NCBI GenBank assembly: GCA_016180425.1
Contig: JACPBF010000005.1
Location: 25,034 to 89,033 of the forward strand
Origin: Elusimicrobiota bacterium
GTDB taxonomy: Bacteria > Elusimicrobiota > Elusimicrobia > 2-02-FULL-39-32
Reading direction: 5' to 3'
Length of the DNA: 64,000 nt
Of the stretch, positions 62,966 through 64,000 are shown piece after piece; position 1 is the stretch's first letter; each line of letters starts with the position of its first letter. Position numbers and translations under genes: made by a program. A model generated the notes under the pieces. It was not told the origin of the DNA and ran no database searches. It saw nothing but the letters and a program-made list of their open reading frames with translations.

Positions 62966-64000
62966 GCTCAATAACTTATAAAGATATTAACTTGCTGGGA
63001 ATAAACGACGGGATCATCACCGGTTTAAGCGGTGAAGCCGGCTTGTCTTTTGAGTTATTCCCGCAAATGGATCTTCGAATGTGCCCGTCAGCGGAACATC
63101 CAGCGTTTGTCTCCGGATTCTCTCGACTTTTAAGTTGCCTTCCTCCGTCTTATGGACTTATGTTCGAAGCAGAAGTAAACCGTGGTTCAAATCTATCTAT
63201 GGAGATCTGCGGAAATGGCATCCACCCCATCTTGAAGAAAATACAGAATGAGAAATCAGAACGGTGGTCTAGAGTAGGGCGCAGTGTCCGTCACTATGCG
63301 CATCTATGGTCAAGCGGCCTAAACCCTCTTAAACTCCGCATGCTCCCCTCGCTTATGCCTTCAAAAAATAAACAGAAATCACTTCAACAAAAACTTGAGG
63401 AAAACGAATCTAGCATTATTGAATTGAGCTCCACACTCGCTTCTTCCCTAAATTCCTGCGGAGTTTCAAGCCGAATTCTTAGCTCTCAAGAAATTTTAGA
63501 GAGATATTGGACTGTCCTTTGTCCAACAAAATCAATTATTCATGATTTTCTAAATATTGATCCAAGCTTTTCTTTGCGCAGCCAATTGGCCTGCTCTAAT
63601 AGCGAAGAAAAATCTAACTATTTTTATATGGATGGCATGTACCACACAACTTTTTCATTTTATACCTATCCAGATGAAATTTCTTTGGGAGCGCTGGACA
63701 ACTTAATCGAGATTCTCCCTCTTGGAACAAGATATCTATTTTCCGTTTTGGCACCTGACCAAGAAGAGTTTATAGAAAGTTTGAAAGTTCAGAGAAGAAG
63801 AACCGTTGCTCTTTTAGGAGAAGCAAAGACAAAAGATTACGAATCTGAAGCCCGCGAAAATGATTTAGACACTATTATCACCCGCTGTAGAAATGAAGGC
63901 GAGAGAATCTACGTGGTTTGGGCAGCGTTGATTTTGCGATCCCCAGAATTGGCCAACTTATTAGAGTGGCAAAAACAGCTCCTATTTACTACAAGGGAAA
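62962..64000 (+). CDS. VirB4/TraC-like protein, N-terminal part (runs off the window)
   Basis: Own translation from ATG at 62962 (MSSITYKDINLLGINDGIITGLSGEAGLSFELFP...YFYMDGMYHTTFSFYTYPDEISLGALDNLIEILP...). 346 codons without a stop. Position after the pilin and TraL-like genes supports the call. The Walker motifs would lie beyond the window. Confidence 0.5.
   Translation, partial: MSSITYKDINLLGINDGIITGLSGEAGLSFELFPQMDLRMCPSAEHPAFVSGFSRLLSCLPPSYGLMFEAEVNRGSNLSMEICGNGIHPILKKIQNEKSERWSRVGRSVRHYAHLWSSGLNPLKLRMLPSLMPSKNKQKSLQQKLEENESSIIELSSTLASSLNSCGVSSRILSSQEILERYWTVLCPTKSIIHDFLNIDPSFSLRSQLACSNSEEKSNYFYMDGMYHTTFSFYTYPDEISLGALDNLIEILPLGTRYLFSVLAPDQEEFIESLKVQRRRTVALLGEAKTKDYESEARENDLDTIITRCRNEGERIYVVWAALILRSPELANLLEWQKQLLFTTRE

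Overview
AT-rich bacterial chromosomal window. An LpxL-family gene suggests a diderm, but the lineage cannot be assigned from sequence alone. No rRNA, CRISPR array, transposase or integrase was recognised. 1-17.7 kb is housekeeping: a GlcD-like oxidase, M48 protease, parAB, gltX, tRNA-Gln, a MarR/hemerythrin pair, maf, hemW, a purine permease, type III glutamine synthetase and uppP. 17.7-25 kb looks accessory: MNT/HEPN and HigBA-like toxin-antitoxin pairs flank a 1513-aa membrane protein of unknown function, which reads in frame through palindromic repeat elements and a 27-bp x3 repeat. 25.3-32.5 kb is a six-gene group-4-hydrogenase/complex-I-like operon whose large subunit has lost all four Ni-Fe cysteine ligands (Ehr-like). 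32.6-37.5 kb holds an RRM protein, an LpxL-family acyltransferase, a soluble acyl-ACP desaturase, CspA, a DUF21-CBS protein and RelE/Phd. A 5' half of tRNA-Lys(UUU) at 37.65 kb precedes a small decayed island. 39.8-55.4 kb is one long minus-strand chemosensory operon. In transcription order it encodes a ParA-like ATPase, a soluble 1422-aa poly-HAMP MCP, CheW, CheY (13-nt poly-G tract at its 3' end), CheB, CheA, a CheC/X-like protein, a PAS histidine kinase, four single receivers (one truncated, one atypical), an Hpt protein and a REC-GspE/PilB ATPase-REC fusion. This last fusion is the most unusual candidate system in the window. Next comes about 1.37 kb of intergenic sequence, mostly ORF-free and hairpin-rich, with a (TGTC)13 microsatellite. 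The window ends with a cluster encoding a 1296-aa Kelch/FlgD-Ig secreted protein, a PorV/TraF_2-like barrel and VirB2/TraL/VirB4-like genes that run off the edge.
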